The notes: generated by a model from the sequence alone, not told the origin. Positions 14,136-24,527 are shown, numbered from the stretch's first letter. The stretch: DNA of 64,000 bases from Occultella glacieicola (GCF_004353825.1 NZ_SMNA01000013.1:1-64000); one strand, 5' to 3'. Program-made: numbers and translations.

Positions 14136-14203
14136 GGTGCGTCCGTGGTCGCACGACCGGTGCCGAAGCGCCGTTCGTGAACGTTCACGAAGTTGAGTGT
14201 CAT
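14132..14203 (-). CDS. Putative 23-aa leader peptide/uORF MTLNFVNVHERRFGTGRATTDAP
   Basis: Strong SD (GAGGAAAG) upstream of ATG 14203; its TGA overlaps the yesL GTG (GTGA 14135-14132). Below the ORF-track size cutoff. Confidence 0.55.
   Translation of the reverse strand: MTLNFVNVHERRFGTGRATTDAP
14174..14191. promoter_or_regulatory. LacI-type operator palindrome
   Basis: Perfect 18-bp palindrome TTCGTGAACGTTCACGAA with central CG; a partial copy ACTTCGTGAACGTT at 14382-14395 overlaps the -10/+1 region. Confidence 0.75.
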
Positions 14204-14390
14204 GGTTCTTTCCTCGATGAAGGGCTTGCGCTCGCCTGGCCTGGAGTCACGCGGGCACGTCGCCGGGTGGTAACCGGCTGGGTCGGGATGTCGGAGCTGG
14301 TGCAGTTGTGGCCGAGTGGGTCACCACCTCGGGGCCCATCCGGCCGGAGTGGACTGCGACTTCGCGAGCCACTCGGACGGGACTTCGTGA

Positions 14391-14419
14391 ACGTTAGGGT
14401 TGAAAGCATTCAGTGTCAA
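14391..14419 (-). promoter_or_regulatory. Housekeeping-sigma promoter of the rhamnogalacturonan operon
   Basis: Minus strand TTGACA (14419-14414), 17 nt spacer, TAACGT (14396-14391). Confidence 0.75.
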
Positions 14420-14540
14420 GAGGGTTGGAAAGCGGTCTCCACGGTGATGTGCCTGGCGTGGGGCCGCGTTCCGGCCGGAGCGCGACGCCCGGGGGTTTAG
14501 GCTCGCGCTCACAACGCAGAGCGTGGGGAGTAGGAATCGC

Positions 14541-15554
14541 ATGGTGGCGAATGGTCGTACGCGTCCAGGGATGAACGACGTGGCCAGGCTGGCGGGGGTG
14601 TCCCATCAGACGGTGTCCCGGGTCCTCAACGACCATCCGAACGTCCGTGAGAGCACCCGGGAACGCGTGCTTGCCGCCATTGCCGAACTCGGCTACCGCC
14701 GCAACAGCGCGGCGCGCGCGCTGGTGACCCATCGCTCCGGGATCCTCGGCATCATCACCAGCGGTTCGGTGCACTCCGGGCCGGCGAGCACGCTCGCGGT
14801 GCTCGAGCGGACGGCCCGGGCGGCGGGCTATTTCGTGACGGTGGCGGCGGCCCCGCACCCGACGCCGGAGCTCATGCAGGAGATCTTCGGCTCGTTCATG
14901 GACCAGTCCGTCGAGGGCGTGGTGGTCATCGCCCAGGGGGACGAGGTGGCCGGCGCCGCACGCGCAGCCTTCGCCGAGGTGCCGCTGTTGATGATCTCCT
15001 CGCTCACGCCGGAGCCGGGCGATCCGCCGCTGGTCTGCGTGGACCAGGAGGCCGGAGCGCGGCTGGTGGCCCGTTATCTGCTCGACCGGGGGCACACCGA
15101 CGTCGTGCACCTGGCCGGCCCGCCGGACTGGTTCGACGCTCGGGCGCGGGTGCGCGGGTGGCATGCCGAACTGAGCGAGGCCGGCGTGGCGCCGCGCCCG
15201 GACCTCGCCGGCGACTGGAGCGCGGGCTCCGGGTACGAGGCCGCGCGCACGCTCCTGGCGGACCTGCCGACGGCGGTCTTCGCGGCGAACGACCAGATGG
15301 CCCTCGGGGTGCTGCGAGCGTTCGCTGAGGCCGGGGTCGCGGTCCCGGGCGGGGTCTCCGTGGTCGGCTTCGACGACATCGTCGGTGCGGACAACTTCTT
15401 CCCGCCGCTGACCACGGTCCGGCAGGACTTCGAGGCGCTCGGCCGACGTGCGATCGATGCCCTGGTTGCGGCCATGGGTGGCGCGGCCGTGCCACGCGAG
15501 CTCGTCGAGCCCGTGCTGGTCGAGCGAGCCAGCTCCGGCCCGCCCCGTCCTTAG
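14541..15554 (+). CDS. LacI-family regulator, probable arabinose repressor (AraR-like)
   Basis: MNDVARLAGVSHQTVSRVLN HTH, YRRNSAARAL hinge, VFAANDQMALG, PPLTTVRQDF; directly upstream of araBDA. Confidence 0.88.
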   Translation: MVANGRTRPGMNDVARLAGVSHQTVSRVLNDHPNVRESTRERVLAAIAELGYRRNSAARALVTHRSGILGIITSGSVHSGPASTLAVLERTARAAGYFVTVAAAPHPTPELMQEIFGSFMDQSVEGVVVIAQGDEVAGAARAAFAEVPLLMISSLTPEPGDPPLVCVDQEAGARLVARYLLDRGHTDVVHLAGPPDWFDARARVRGWHAELSEAGVAPRPDLAGDWSAGSGYEAARTLLADLPTAVFAANDQMALGVLRAFAEAGVAVPGGVSVVGFDDIVGADNFFPPLTTVRQDFEALGRRAIDALVAAMGGAAVPRELVEPVLVERASSGPPRP

Positions 15555-15574
15555 CAGGCAGGCGACCCTCTCGA

Positions 15575-15699
15575 CGGTGAGAGTGCTGAAGTGGCGACCA
15601 CTTCAGCACTCTCGGGGGTGGCGGGCGAGGTCGGAAGGTGCGGGCGGGCGTCGCGCCGGCGGTGAGGGTGCTGAAGTGGCGACCACTTCCGCACTCTCG
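15575..15699. repeat. Two copies of a 40-bp palindromic REP-like element
   Basis: CGGTGAG(A/G)GTGCTGAAGTGGCGACCACTTC(A/C)GCACTCTCG at 15575-15614 and 15660-15699; the first copy forms a perfect 16-bp stem with a 3-nt loop. Confidence 0.8.
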
Positions 15700-15746
15700 C
15701 GGCGGCGACCTGGCCGGAGAATGCGGGAGGTGGTTGGCAAGTCGCC

Positions 15747-15762
15747 ATGTGAGCGTTAACAT
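15747..15762. promoter_or_regulatory. Probable AraR operator upstream of araB
   Basis: Imperfect palindrome ATGTGAGCGTTAACAT; related sites TGATAGCGTTAACA (19822-19835) and a half-site GCGCTCACA (14505-14513). Confidence 0.7.
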
Positions 15763-15796
15763 GCTAGGAGCGACACTACGAAGGAGTACGACTGCG

Positions 15797-17524
15797 ATGA
15801 GTGAGCACCCCAACGCCCTCGTGATCGGGGTGGACTACGGGACGCTGTCCGGGCGGGCGGTGGTGGTCCGGGTGGCCGACGGCGCCGAACTGGGCAGTGC
15901 CGAGTATGCCTACCCGCACGCCGTGATGGACCGCGCCCTGACCGCCTCGAACGATCAGCCGCTCCCGCCGGACTGGGCTCTGCAGGTGCCCGCGGACTAC
16001 GTCGACGTGCTCAGGAACGCCGTGCCGGAGGCGCTGCGGGCCGCAGGCGCGGACCCGGCCGACGTGATCGGGATCGGCACGGACTTCACCGCCTGCACGA
16101 TGATCCCGACCCTCGCCGACGGCACCCCGCTGAACGAGGTCGCGCAGTTCGCCGACCGCCCGCACGCGTACGTCAAGCTGTGGAAGCACCACGCCGCCCA
16201 GCCGCACGCGGACCGGATCAACGACCTGGCCCGCCAGCGCGGTGAGGCCTGGCTGCCCCGGTACGGCGGCCTGATCTCCTCCGAGTGGCAGTTCGCGAAG
16301 GCGCTGCAGGTGCTCGAGGAGGACCGCGAGATCTACGACGCGATGGAGCACTGGGTCGAGGCCGCGGACTGGATCGTCTGGCAGCTCGGGGGCACCTACG
16401 TCAGGGACACCACCACCGTCGGCTACAAGGGCATCTACCAGGACGGCGCCCACCCCGGCGCCGACTTCCTCGGGGCGCTCAACCCGGATTTCGCGACCTT
16501 CGTCACCGACAAGCTGGATGCGCCGATCGCCCCGCTCGGCGCCCGCGCCGGGCGGCTCACGGCCCAGGCGGCCCAATGGACCGGGCTGCCCGAGGGCATC
16601 GCCGTGGCCGTCGGGAACGTCGACGCACACGTCACCCTCCCGGCCGCGAACGCCGTGGACCCGGGCCAGATGGTGCTCATCATGGGTACGTCGACGTGTC
16701 ACGTCGTCAACGACGAGAACCTCCACGAGGTGCCCGGCATGTGCGGCGTCGTCGACGGCGGCGTGGTCACCGGTCTGTACGGGTACGAGGCCGGGCAGAG
16801 CGGCGTCGGCGACATCTTCGCCTGGTTCGTCTCCACCGGGGTGCCGCAGGCCTACGTGGAAGAGGCCGAGGCGGCCGGGCAGTCCATCCATGCCTACCTC
16901 ACCGAGCTGGCGTCCCGACAGCCGATCGGGGCCCACGGCCTGGTGGCCCTGGACTGGCACTCCGGGAACCGGTCGGTGCTCGTGGACCACGAGCTCTCCG
17001 GTCTCACCCTCGGGCAGACCCTCGCGACCCGTCCGGAGGACATCTACCGTGCCCTCTTGGAGTCGACGGCGTTCGGCACCAAGAAGATCGTCGACACCTT
17101 CGCCGACTCGGGGGTTCCGGTCACCGAGTTGGTCGTGGCCGGTGGTCTGCTCAAGAACCGCTTCCTCATGCAGATGTACGCCGACGTCACCGGTCTGCCG
17201 CTGAGCACGATCGTCTCCGAGCAGGGACCGGCGCTCGGGTCGGCGATCCACGCCGCCGTGGCCGCCGGCGCCTACCCGGACGTGCGCGCGGCGGCGGCCG
17301 TCATGGGCGGCCGGGTGGCCGGCGCCTACACGCCGGACCCGGAGGCGACGGCAGGCTACGCCGAGCTGTACGCCGAGTACACCGCGCTGCACGACTACTT
17401 CGGCCGCGGCGGCAACGACGTGATGCGTCGGCTCAAGAAGATCCGCCGTCGGGTCTCGGCCGCCGCCGAGGGTGGTGCCGGGACCGTCGCTCCCGACCTC
17501 GAGCCGCAGGGAGATCTCGTATGA
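15797..17524 (+). CDS. araB: L-ribulokinase
   Basis: [69 protein letters not shown]. Confidence 0.95.
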   Translation: MSEHPNALVIGVDYGTLSGRAVVVRVADGAELGSAEYAYPHAVMDRALTASNDQPLPPDWALQVPADYVDVLRNAVPEALRAAGADPADVIGIGTDFTACTMIPTLADGTPLNEVAQFADRPHAYVKLWKHHAAQPHADRINDLARQRGEAWLPRYGGLISSEWQFAKALQVLEEDREIYDAMEHWVEAADWIVWQLGGTYVRDTTTVGYKGIYQDGAHPGADFLGALNPDFATFVTDKLDAPIAPLGARAGRLTAQAAQWTGLPEGIAVAVGNVDAHVTLPAANAVDPGQMVLIMGTSTCHVVNDENLHEVPGMCGVVDGGVVTGLYGYEAGQSGVGDIFAWFVSTGVPQAYVEEAEAAGQSIHAYLTELASRQPIGAHGLVALDWHSGNRSVLVDHELSGLTLGQTLATRPEDIYRALLESTAFGTKKIVDTFADSGVPVTELVVAGGLLKNRFLMQMYADVTGLPLSTIVSEQGPALGSAIHAAVAAGAYPDVRAAAAVMGGRVAGAYTPDPEATAGYAELYAEYTALHDYFGRGGNDVMRRLKKIRRRVSAAAEGGAGTVAPDLEPQGDLV

Positions 17525-18273
17525 CCGGGTCGACCGACGGCACGGAACCGATCGTGCTGGCGGACCTGCCCGACCAGGTGCGCGCCGCCGTCGAGCAGGC
17601 ACGGGAGCGGGTCGCGGCGCTGCACGCCGAGCTGACCCGCTACGAACTCGTGGTCTGGACCGCGGGCAACGTGTCCGAGCGGGTGGCCGGGGCGGATCTG
17701 TTCGTGATCAAGCCGTCCGGTGTCTCCTACGACGACCTGACGCCGGAGTCGATGGTGGTGTGCACCTTGGAAGGCGTGAAGATCGAGGACGGCACCCCGG
17801 CGCATCTGAAGCCGTCCTCGGACACCGCCGCGCACGCCTACGTCTACCGGCACATGGGCGAGGTCGGCGGTGTGGTCCACACCCACTCCACCTACGCGAC
17901 CGCGTGGGCCGCGCGCGGCGAGCCGGTGCCGTGCGTGCTCACGATGATGGCCGACGAGTTCGGCGGCGAGATCCCGATCGGTCCGTTCGCGCTGATCGGC
18001 GACGACTCGATCGGCCGCGGCATCGTCGAGACGCTCCGGTCCTCCCGATCTCCCGCCGTACTGATGCGCAGCCACGGGCCGTTCACGATCGGCGCGGACG
18101 CCCGCGCCGCGGTGAAGGCCGCCGTGATGTGCGAGGAGGTCGCCCGCACCGTGCACATCGCCCGCCAGCTCGGCGACCCGCTGCCCATCGCGCAGACCGA
18201 CATCGACTCGTTGTACGACCGCTACCAGAACGTCTACGGACAGGGCCCCGCGCCCGAGGAGGATCCCGCGTGA
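17521..18273 (+). CDS. araD: L-ribulose-5-phosphate 4-epimerase
   Basis: [43 protein letters not shown] coupling to araB. Confidence 0.95.
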   Translation: MTGSTDGTEPIVLADLPDQVRAAVEQARERVAALHAELTRYELVVWTAGNVSERVAGADLFVIKPSGVSYDDLTPESMVVCTLEGVKIEDGTPAHLKPSSDTAAHAYVYRHMGEVGGVVHTHSTYATAWAARGEPVPCVLTMMADEFGGEIPIGPFALIGDDSIGRGIVETLRSSRSPAVLMRSHGPFTIGADARAAVKAAVMCEEVARTVHIARQLGDPLPIAQTDIDSLYDRYQNVYGQGPAPEEDPA

Positions 18274-19790
18274 GCAACCACTTGACCGACCCGTTCGAGG
18301 GCAAGGAGATCTGGTTCCTGACCGGGAGTCAGGACCTGTACGGCGAGGAGACTCTGGCCCAGGTCGCCGAGCAGTCGCAGCAGGTGGCGGCGTTGCTCGA
18401 GGAGTCGGGCGCGGTCCCGGCCCGGATCGTCTGGAAGCCCGTCCTGAAGGACTCGGCGGCGATTCGCCGGGCCGCGCTGGACGCGAACGCCGACGACGCC
18501 TGCATCGGCGTGATCACCTGGATGCACACGTTCTCACCGGCGAAGATGTGGATCACGGGGCTGGACGCGCTGCGGACCCCGTTGTTGCACCTGCACACCC
18601 AGGCCGGCGTCGAGCTGCCCTGGGCGGACATCGACATGGACTTCATGAACCTGAACCAGGCCGCCCACGGCGACCGCGAGTTCGGCTACATGGCGGCCCG
18701 GCTGGGCGTCTCCCGCAAGGTCGTGGTCGGGCACGCGTCCGACGGCGTCGTCCGCGCCCAGGTGGGCGCGTGGGCTCGGGCGGCGGCCGGGTGGGCCGCC
18801 CTGACGGGCATGAAGCTGGCCCGGTTCGGCGACAACATGCGCGGCGTCGGGGTCACCGAGGGCGACAAGACCGAGGCGGAGCTGCGCTTCGGCGTCTCCG
18901 TGAACACCTGGGGCGTGAACGACCTCGTGGCCCGGGTGGACGCGGTGGCGGACGCGGCCGTGGACGCGCTCGTGGCCGAGTACGTCGAGACCTACGACGT
19001 GGTGCCCGAGCTGCTGCCCGGGGGTGACCGGCACGAGTCGCTGCGGTACGGCGCCCGCCAGGAGCTGGGCCTGAGGTCCTTCCTCGAAGAGGGTGGATTC
19101 GCCGCGTTCACCACGAACTTCGAGGATCTCGGTGGGCTCCGTCAGCTCCCCGGACTGGCCGTGCAGCGCCTGATGGCGGCCGGCTACGGCTTCGGCGCCG
19201 AGGGCGACTGGAAGACGGCGATCCTGGTGCGGCTGGCGAAGGTGATGGGCCACGGGCTGCCCGGCGGTGCGTCGCTGATGGAGGACTACACCTACGAACT
19301 CACGCCCGGCAAGCAGAAGATCCTCGGCGCGCACATGCTCGAGGTCTGCCCGTCGCTGACCACGTCGAAGCCCCGCCTGGAGATCCACCCGCTCGGGATC
19401 GGCGACCGCGAGGACCCGGTGCGCCTGGTCTTCGACGCCGACCTCGGCGAGGGCCTGGTGGTGGCGCTCTCGGACATGCGCGAGCGGTTCCGGCTCGTGG
19501 CCAACGAGGTGGACATCGTCGGCCCCGACGCGGAGCTGCCGAACCTGCCGGTGGCGCGCGCGGTCTGGGTGCCGCGCCCCGACTTCGTCACATCCGCGCG
19601 GTCCTGGCTCACCGCGGGAGGTGCGCACCACACGGTGCTCACGACCGCCGTCGGGCTCGAGGTCTTCGAGGACTTCGCCGAGATCGCCCGGACCGAGCTC
19701 GCGGTGATCGACGCGCAGACGACGGTGCGCGGCTTCGCCCGGGAGTTGCGTTGGAACGCCGCGTACTTCCGGCTCGCCCAGTCGTTGTAG
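18270..19790 (+). CDS. araA: L-arabinose isomerase
   Basis: [66 protein letters not shown]. Confidence 0.96.
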   Translation: MSNHLTDPFEGKEIWFLTGSQDLYGEETLAQVAEQSQQVAALLEESGAVPARIVWKPVLKDSAAIRRAALDANADDACIGVITWMHTFSPAKMWITGLDALRTPLLHLHTQAGVELPWADIDMDFMNLNQAAHGDREFGYMAARLGVSRKVVVGHASDGVVRAQVGAWARAAAGWAALTGMKLARFGDNMRGVGVTEGDKTEAELRFGVSVNTWGVNDLVARVDAVADAAVDALVAEYVETYDVVPELLPGGDRHESLRYGARQELGLRSFLEEGGFAAFTTNFEDLGGLRQLPGLAVQRLMAAGYGFGAEGDWKTAILVRLAKVMGHGLPGGASLMEDYTYELTPGKQKILGAHMLEVCPSLTTSKPRLEIHPLGIGDREDPVRLVFDADLGEGLVVALSDMRERFRLVANEVDIVGPDAELPNLPVARAVWVPRPDFVTSARSWLTAGGAHHTVLTTAVGLEVFEDFAEIARTELAVIDAQTTVRGFARELRWNAAYFRLAQSL

Positions 19791-19821
19791 GGCAGACTGG
19801 GCCGGGGCACCCGACCGCCTC

Positions 19822-19835
19822 TGATAGCGTTAACA
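19822..19835. promoter_or_regulatory. Second AraR-like operator, upstream of the dehydrogenase-GH27-GH51 unit
   Basis: TGATAGCGTTAACA matches 12/14 of the araB site core TGTGAGCGTTAACA. Confidence 0.6.
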
Positions 19836-19897
19836 ACACCGAGATTCCGCGCACGAGGACGTGATCCCCGAGCGCGTCGCGAAGGAGAAGAGCAAGG

Positions 19898-20911
19898 ATG
19901 CGTCTGGCCAGGCTCCATGGGGTGGGTGACCTCCGGATCGAGGAGGCGGGGGTGCCCGAGGTCCAGCCCGGGCACACGCTGGTCCGGGTCACCGACGTCG
20001 GCCTGTGCGGGTCGGACCTGCACTGGTTCGCCGAGGGGGGCATCGGCGACGCCCAGCTCACCCGGCCGATCGTGCCGGGCCACGAGTTCGCCGGGGTCGG
20101 CGCCTCCGGGGACCTCGACGGCGTCCGGGTGGCGGTGGACCCCGCGATCCCGTGCATGAACTGCGCGATGTGCCACGAGGGGCACCCCAACCTGTGCCCG
20201 ACGGTCGGCTTCGCCGGCCACGGGAGGATCGACGGCGGCCTCGCCGAGTTCATCTCCTGGCCCACGAACCGGCTGTTCCCGCTCCCGGAGTCCTTCACCG
20301 GCGCCGACGGGGCCGTCCTCGAGCCGCTCGGGGTCGCCCTGCACGCGTGGGACCTCGCGCACGTGCCGCTCGCGGCGAACGTGGTGATTGTCGGCGCCGG
20401 CCCGATCGGTCTGCTGCTCGTGCAGCTCGCGCGCTCGGCCGGCGCGGACCGGGTCGCGGTCGTGGAGCCGCGTGAGCACCGCCGGGACGCGGCGCTGCGC
20501 TACGGCGCCGACGAGGTCTTCGCACCCGACGAGGTGCGCGAGGCCGGAGCCTGGCAGGGCTGGGGTGCGGGCGGGCTCGGCGCGGACGTCACCTTCGAGA
20601 TCGCCGGGAACGACGACGCGATCGCGATCGCGATGACGTCGGCCCGCCCGGGTGCCCGGGTGGTCCTCGGCGGCATCCCGGACGACGACTCCTCGTCCTT
20701 CCGGGCCGGCACCGCCCGCCGCAAGGGCCTGACCCTGGTCATGGTGCGGCGCATGAAGGAGATGTACCCGCGCGCCATCCGGCTCGTCGAACGCGGCCTG
20801 GTGGACGTGCGCTCGCTGGTCACCGAGCGGGCCCCGCTGGCCGACGCGCCCGGGGCCTTCGCCCGGGCCACCGAACGCACCGGCCTGAAGGTCGTCATCG
20901 GGCTCGACTGA
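19898..20911 (+). CDS. Zn-dependent (MDR) polyol dehydrogenase, sorbitol/arabitol-DH-like
   Basis: GLCGSDLH, GHEFAG, CMNCAMCHEGHPNLC, LEPLGVALHA, GAGPIG. Confidence 0.85.
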   Translation: MRLARLHGVGDLRIEEAGVPEVQPGHTLVRVTDVGLCGSDLHWFAEGGIGDAQLTRPIVPGHEFAGVGASGDLDGVRVAVDPAIPCMNCAMCHEGHPNLCPTVGFAGHGRIDGGLAEFISWPTNRLFPLPESFTGADGAVLEPLGVALHAWDLAHVPLAANVVIVGAGPIGLLLVQLARSAGADRVAVVEPREHRRDAALRYGADEVFAPDEVREAGAWQGWGAGGLGADVTFEIAGNDDAIAIAMTSARPGARVVLGGIPDDDSSSFRAGTARRKGLTLVMVRRMKEMYPRAIRLVERGLVDVRSLVTERAPLADAPGAFARATERTGLKVVIGLD

Positions 20912-20998
20912 GTCGGGCCCAACCTGCCCAACCGGCTCAACCTGCCCAAACCCGGCACCACCCGTCCGAATCCGAACCACCGAGAGGTCCGCGCAACG

Positions 20999-22291
20999 AT
21001 GCAGGTCGACACCGGCACGCCACCGATGGGCTGGAACAGCTGGGACTGCTACGGGCCCAGCGTCACCGAGGCCGAGGTGCTCGCGAACGCCGAGTTCCTG
21101 GCGCAGCACCTGCTGCCGCACGGCTGGAACGTGGTGGTCGTGGACATCCAGTGGTACGAGCCGACGGCGCGCGCCGGCGGCTACAACGACGACCCGCCCG
21201 TGGAGCTGGACGGCTTCGGCCGACAGCTGCCCGCGCCGAACAGGTTCCCGTCCGCCGCCGGTGGGGCCGGCTTCGGCCCGCTCGCCGCTCGGGTGCACGA
21301 GCTCGGTCTGAGCTTCGGGATCCACATCATGCGGGGCATTCCGCGCCGCGCCGTCGAGCTCGACCTGCCGATCCTCGGCACCGACTGGACCGCCACCGAC
21401 GCGGCCGACACCTCATCGGTGTGCACCTGGAACCCGGACAACTACGGACTGGACCACGACCACCCGGCCGCGCAGGCCTATTACGACGCCCAGGTGGCGC
21501 AGTTCGCGGCGTGGGGCGTCGACTTCATCAAGGCCGACGACATGCTCGCCCCGTTCCACGACGCCGAGATCGCCGCCTACGCCGAGGCGATCCGCCGGTC
21601 CGGCCGCCCCATCGTGCTGTCGCTGTCGCCCGGCACCGGCCTGGACACCGCGCACCTGGACCACCTGCGCGCGAACGCGGCCATGTGGCGCATCAGCGAC
21701 GACCTCTGGGACCGCTGGGAGGACGTGCTCGACCAGTTCGACCGCCTCGCCCGCTGGGCACCGACCCAACGTCCGGGCGGCTGGGCGGACGCGGACATGC
21801 TCCCGCTCGGTCGGATCGGCATCCGCGCCGAACGCGGACAGGACCGCCCCAGCCGGCTCACCGCCGACGAGGCGCGCACGCTGATGACCCTGTGGGTGAT
21901 GGCCCGCTCGCCGCTGATGTTCGGCGGTGACCTGCCCTCCACGGACCCCGACACCCTCGCACTGCTCACGAATCCGGACGTGCTGGAGATCCTCAAGGCC
22001 TCCGACGGCGGAGCGCAGGTCTCCCGGGACGGCGACGCCGTGCTGTGGTCGGCTCGGGCCACGCGGCCCGCGGCGCGGGCCGAAGGTGCGGCGCCCGTCC
22101 CGGCCCTCTACCTGGCCGCCTTTCACCTCGGCGATCAGGCGAGTTCCGCCGTCGTCGATCCTGCGGTCGCCGGCATAGCCGGCCCGCACTCCGCCACCGA
22201 CCTGTGGAGCGGCGAGGCCCTCGACCTCACCGTACCCGTGACCATCCCCGCGCACGGCGTCCGGCTCGTGCGACTCGACCCCCAGCCCTGA
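20999..22291 (+). CDS. GH27 glycosidase, probable beta-L-arabinopyranosidase (Abp type)
   Basis: PPMGWNSWDCYG, VVDIQWYEP, NRFPSA, FGIHIMRGIPR, DFIKADD, MWRISDD, DADMLPLG. Confidence 0.85.
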   Translation: MQVDTGTPPMGWNSWDCYGPSVTEAEVLANAEFLAQHLLPHGWNVVVVDIQWYEPTARAGGYNDDPPVELDGFGRQLPAPNRFPSAAGGAGFGPLAARVHELGLSFGIHIMRGIPRRAVELDLPILGTDWTATDAADTSSVCTWNPDNYGLDHDHPAAQAYYDAQVAQFAAWGVDFIKADDMLAPFHDAEIAAYAEAIRRSGRPIVLSLSPGTGLDTAHLDHLRANAAMWRISDDLWDRWEDVLDQFDRLARWAPTQRPGGWADADMLPLGRIGIRAERGQDRPSRLTADEARTLMTLWVMARSPLMFGGDLPSTDPDTLALLTNPDVLEILKASDGGAQVSRDGDAVLWSARATRPAARAEGAAPVPALYLAAFHLGDQASSAVVDPAVAGIAGPHSATDLWSGEALDLTVPVTIPAHGVRLVRLDPQP

Positions 22292-22310
22292 ACCCGACCA
22301 GGAGTACCTC

Positions 22311-23819
22311 ATGTTGACCGCATCCCTCGTGATCGACCCGGCGTTCGTCGTCGGGCCCGTCCGCCGCCGCACGTTCGGCTCGTTCGTCGAGCACCTCGGC
22401 CGGTGCGTCTACACCGGCATCCACGACCCCGAGCACGAGACCGCCGATGAGGACGGCTTCCGCGGCGACGTCCTCGACCTCGTCAAGGAACTCGGCACCG
22501 GCACGGTGCGCTACCCGGGCGGGAACTTCGTCTCCGGGTACCGCTGGGAGGACGGCGTGGGCCCGCGCGAGCAGCGCCCGGCCCGGCTCGACCTGGCCTG
22601 GCACTCGACCGAGCCGAACACCGTGGGCGTGGACGAGTTCATGCGCTGGGCGCGCAAGGCCGACGTCGAGCCGATGATGGCCGTCAACCTCGGCACCCGA
22701 GGGGTCCAGGAGGCCCTGGACATCCTCGAGTACTGCAACGTCGCCGGTGGCACCCACCTGTCCGACCTGCGCCGGGCGAACGGGGCGGAGGAGCCCTACG
22801 GCATCAGGATGTGGTGCCTCGGAAACGAGATGGACGGGCCCTGGCAGATCGGGCACAAGACCGCCCACGAGTACGGTCGCGTCGCGGCCGAGGCGGCCCG
22901 CGCGATGCGGATGATCGACCCCGACCTCGAGCTCGTCGTCTGCGGGAGCTCGTCCTCGGCGATGCCGACCTTCGGCGCCTGGGAGGCGACCGTGCTGGAG
23001 GAGACCTACGAGCACGTCGACTACGTCTCCGCGCACGCCTACTACAGCGAGAAGGACGGCGACCTGGCCTCCTTCCTGGCCTCCGCCGTCGACATGGACC
23101 ACTTCATCGACTCGGTGAGCGCGACCGCGGACGCCGTGCGGGCCGCGAGGAAGCTGACCAAGCGGATTCACATCAGCTTCGACGAGTGGAACGTCTGGTA
23201 CCAGCACCGCGCCGAGTCCCGCCCGCCGACCGGGGACGACTGGCCGGTCGCGCCCGTGCTGCTCGAGGACCGCTACAACGTCGCCGACGCCGTCGTGGTG
23301 GGCAACCTGCTCATCTCGCTGCTGCGGCACACCGACCGGGTGCACTCGGCCTCGCTCGCCCAGCTCGTCAACGTGATCGCCCCGATCATGACCGAGCCCG
23401 GCGGCCGGTCCTGGCGCCAGACCACATTCCACCCGTTCGCGCTCACCTCCGAGCACGCCAAGGGCGAGGTCCTGCAGGTCGCCGTGGACGCGCCCACGCT
23501 TGAGACCGAGAAGTTCGGCGAGGTCGCTGCGCTCGATGCCGTCGCCACCCGCGACCCCGAGACCGGCGCGGTGGCGATCTTCGCCGTCAACCGGTCCACG
23601 ACCGAGTCGCTGACCCTGACCGTGGACGTCCGCTCGCTCGGTGACGTGCGCGTGGTCGGCGCGCAGACGCTGTCCAACCCGGACCACACCTGGGCCGCCT
23701 CGGCTGACGACGCGACCTCGGTGCTGCCGGTCGAGAACGGCACGGCCGTCGTGTCCGACGGCGTCGTCACGGTCGAACTGCCGGCCGTCTCCTGGTCCGT
23801 GGTGCGGTTGGGCGCCTGA
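22311..23819 (+). CDS. abfA: GH51 alpha-L-arabinofuranosidase (AbfA type)
   Basis: FGSFVEHLGRCVYTG, RYPGGNFVSGY, WCLGNEMDGPWQ, SFDEWNVW, AQLVNVIAP. Confidence 0.93.
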   Translation: MLTASLVIDPAFVVGPVRRRTFGSFVEHLGRCVYTGIHDPEHETADEDGFRGDVLDLVKELGTGTVRYPGGNFVSGYRWEDGVGPREQRPARLDLAWHSTEPNTVGVDEFMRWARKADVEPMMAVNLGTRGVQEALDILEYCNVAGGTHLSDLRRANGAEEPYGIRMWCLGNEMDGPWQIGHKTAHEYGRVAAEAARAMRMIDPDLELVVCGSSSSAMPTFGAWEATVLEETYEHVDYVSAHAYYSEKDGDLASFLASAVDMDHFIDSVSATADAVRAARKLTKRIHISFDEWNVWYQHRAESRPPTGDDWPVAPVLLEDRYNVADAVVVGNLLISLLRHTDRVHSASLAQLVNVIAPIMTEPGGRSWRQTTFHPFALTSEHAKGEVLQVAVDAPTLETEKFGEVAALDAVATRDPETGAVAIFAVNRSTTESLTLTVDVRSLGDVRVVGAQTLSNPDHTWAASADDATSVLPVENGTAVVSDGVVTVELPAVSWSVVRLGA

Positions 23820-23867
23820 ATCGTGGTCGGGGTCGGTCGGGGCTCGTCGGGCGGCTCGTCCGGCGCC

Positions 23868-24527
23868 TCACCGCCGGGCGGTCGGCGTCGCGGCGAGGGC
23901 GCGGATGTCGCGCTCGGCCTCGGCGACGCCGGCCGCGCGGCACCCCTTGGCCACCCAGCCGCGGATCAGCGCCGGCTCGGCCCGGAACAGGGCCAGGCCG
24001 CGGCGGACCAGGGTCGACGGAGGCTTGCGGGACTCGGCGAGATCCCGGAGCAGCCGGAACCAGAACGTCTGCATCCGGGGCCGGACCAGGCAGATCGCGT
24101 CGGCGAGCACGTCCTCGGCGCGCAGGTCGGCGACCAGTTCCGCCGCGAAGATCCCCTCGGCGATCACGATCGGCTCGTCGCCCAGGAGCAGCCGGGTGGT
24201 GCCGGTCCGGCGCGACGTCGGAATGTCGTAGACCGGGAGGTCGCTGACCCCGTCCCGGCACAGCGCCACCAACGCGTCGCGGGCCCCGTCGTGGTCCCAG
24301 GACGCCGGCGAGTCCCAGTCCACGCTGCCGAACCGGGACGGCAGGCCGGGCCGGTCGATGTCGAAGTAGAAGTCGTCCAACGCCACCACCGGCAGCCCGA
24401 GCCGGCGGGTCAGCGAACTCTTGCCCGAGCCGGACGGGCCGGTCAGCAGCACCACCCGGCGGCGCACCCGCCGCTCACCCTCCGGGATGGGGAAGAGGGC
24501 CTCATCGGGGTCGGGGGTCGCCGGCAT
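23868..24527 (-). CDS. P-loop kinase, uridine kinase-like
   Basis: Walker [47 protein letters not shown] lies 6 nt before the ATG (leaderless). Confidence 0.75.
   Translation of the reverse strand: MPATPDPDEALFPIPEGERRVRRRVVLLTGPSGSGKSSLTRRLGLPVVALDDFYFDIDRPGLPSRFGSVDWDSPASWDHDGARDALVALCRDGVSDLPVYDIPTSRRTGTTRLLLGDEPIVIAEGIFAAELVADLRAEDVLADAICLVRPRMQTFWFRLLRDLAESRKPPSTLVRRGLALFRAEPALIRGWVAKGCRAAGVAEAERDIRALAATPTARR

Noticed and set aside
14205..14385. Known riboswitch or ncRNA in the long leader
   Set aside because: No TPP, cobalamin, FMN, SAM or glycine consensus recognised; an Rfam search would be needed.
15575..15699. Possible mini-CRISPR array
   Set aside because: Only two units, each a nearly fully palindromic 40-mer; no cas genes and no leader.
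9330..19790. Apparent long fusion ORFs (9330-10682, 9968-11719, 16285-18273, 17472-19790)
   Set aside because: Off-frame read-through of upstream genes in high-GC DNA; the true starts are marked by ATGA/TGATG/GTGA overlaps.
20919..20955. Imperfect 9-bp tandem repeat (CCAACCTGC-like) before GH27
   Set aside because: Short and degenerate; most likely slippage, with no evidence of function.
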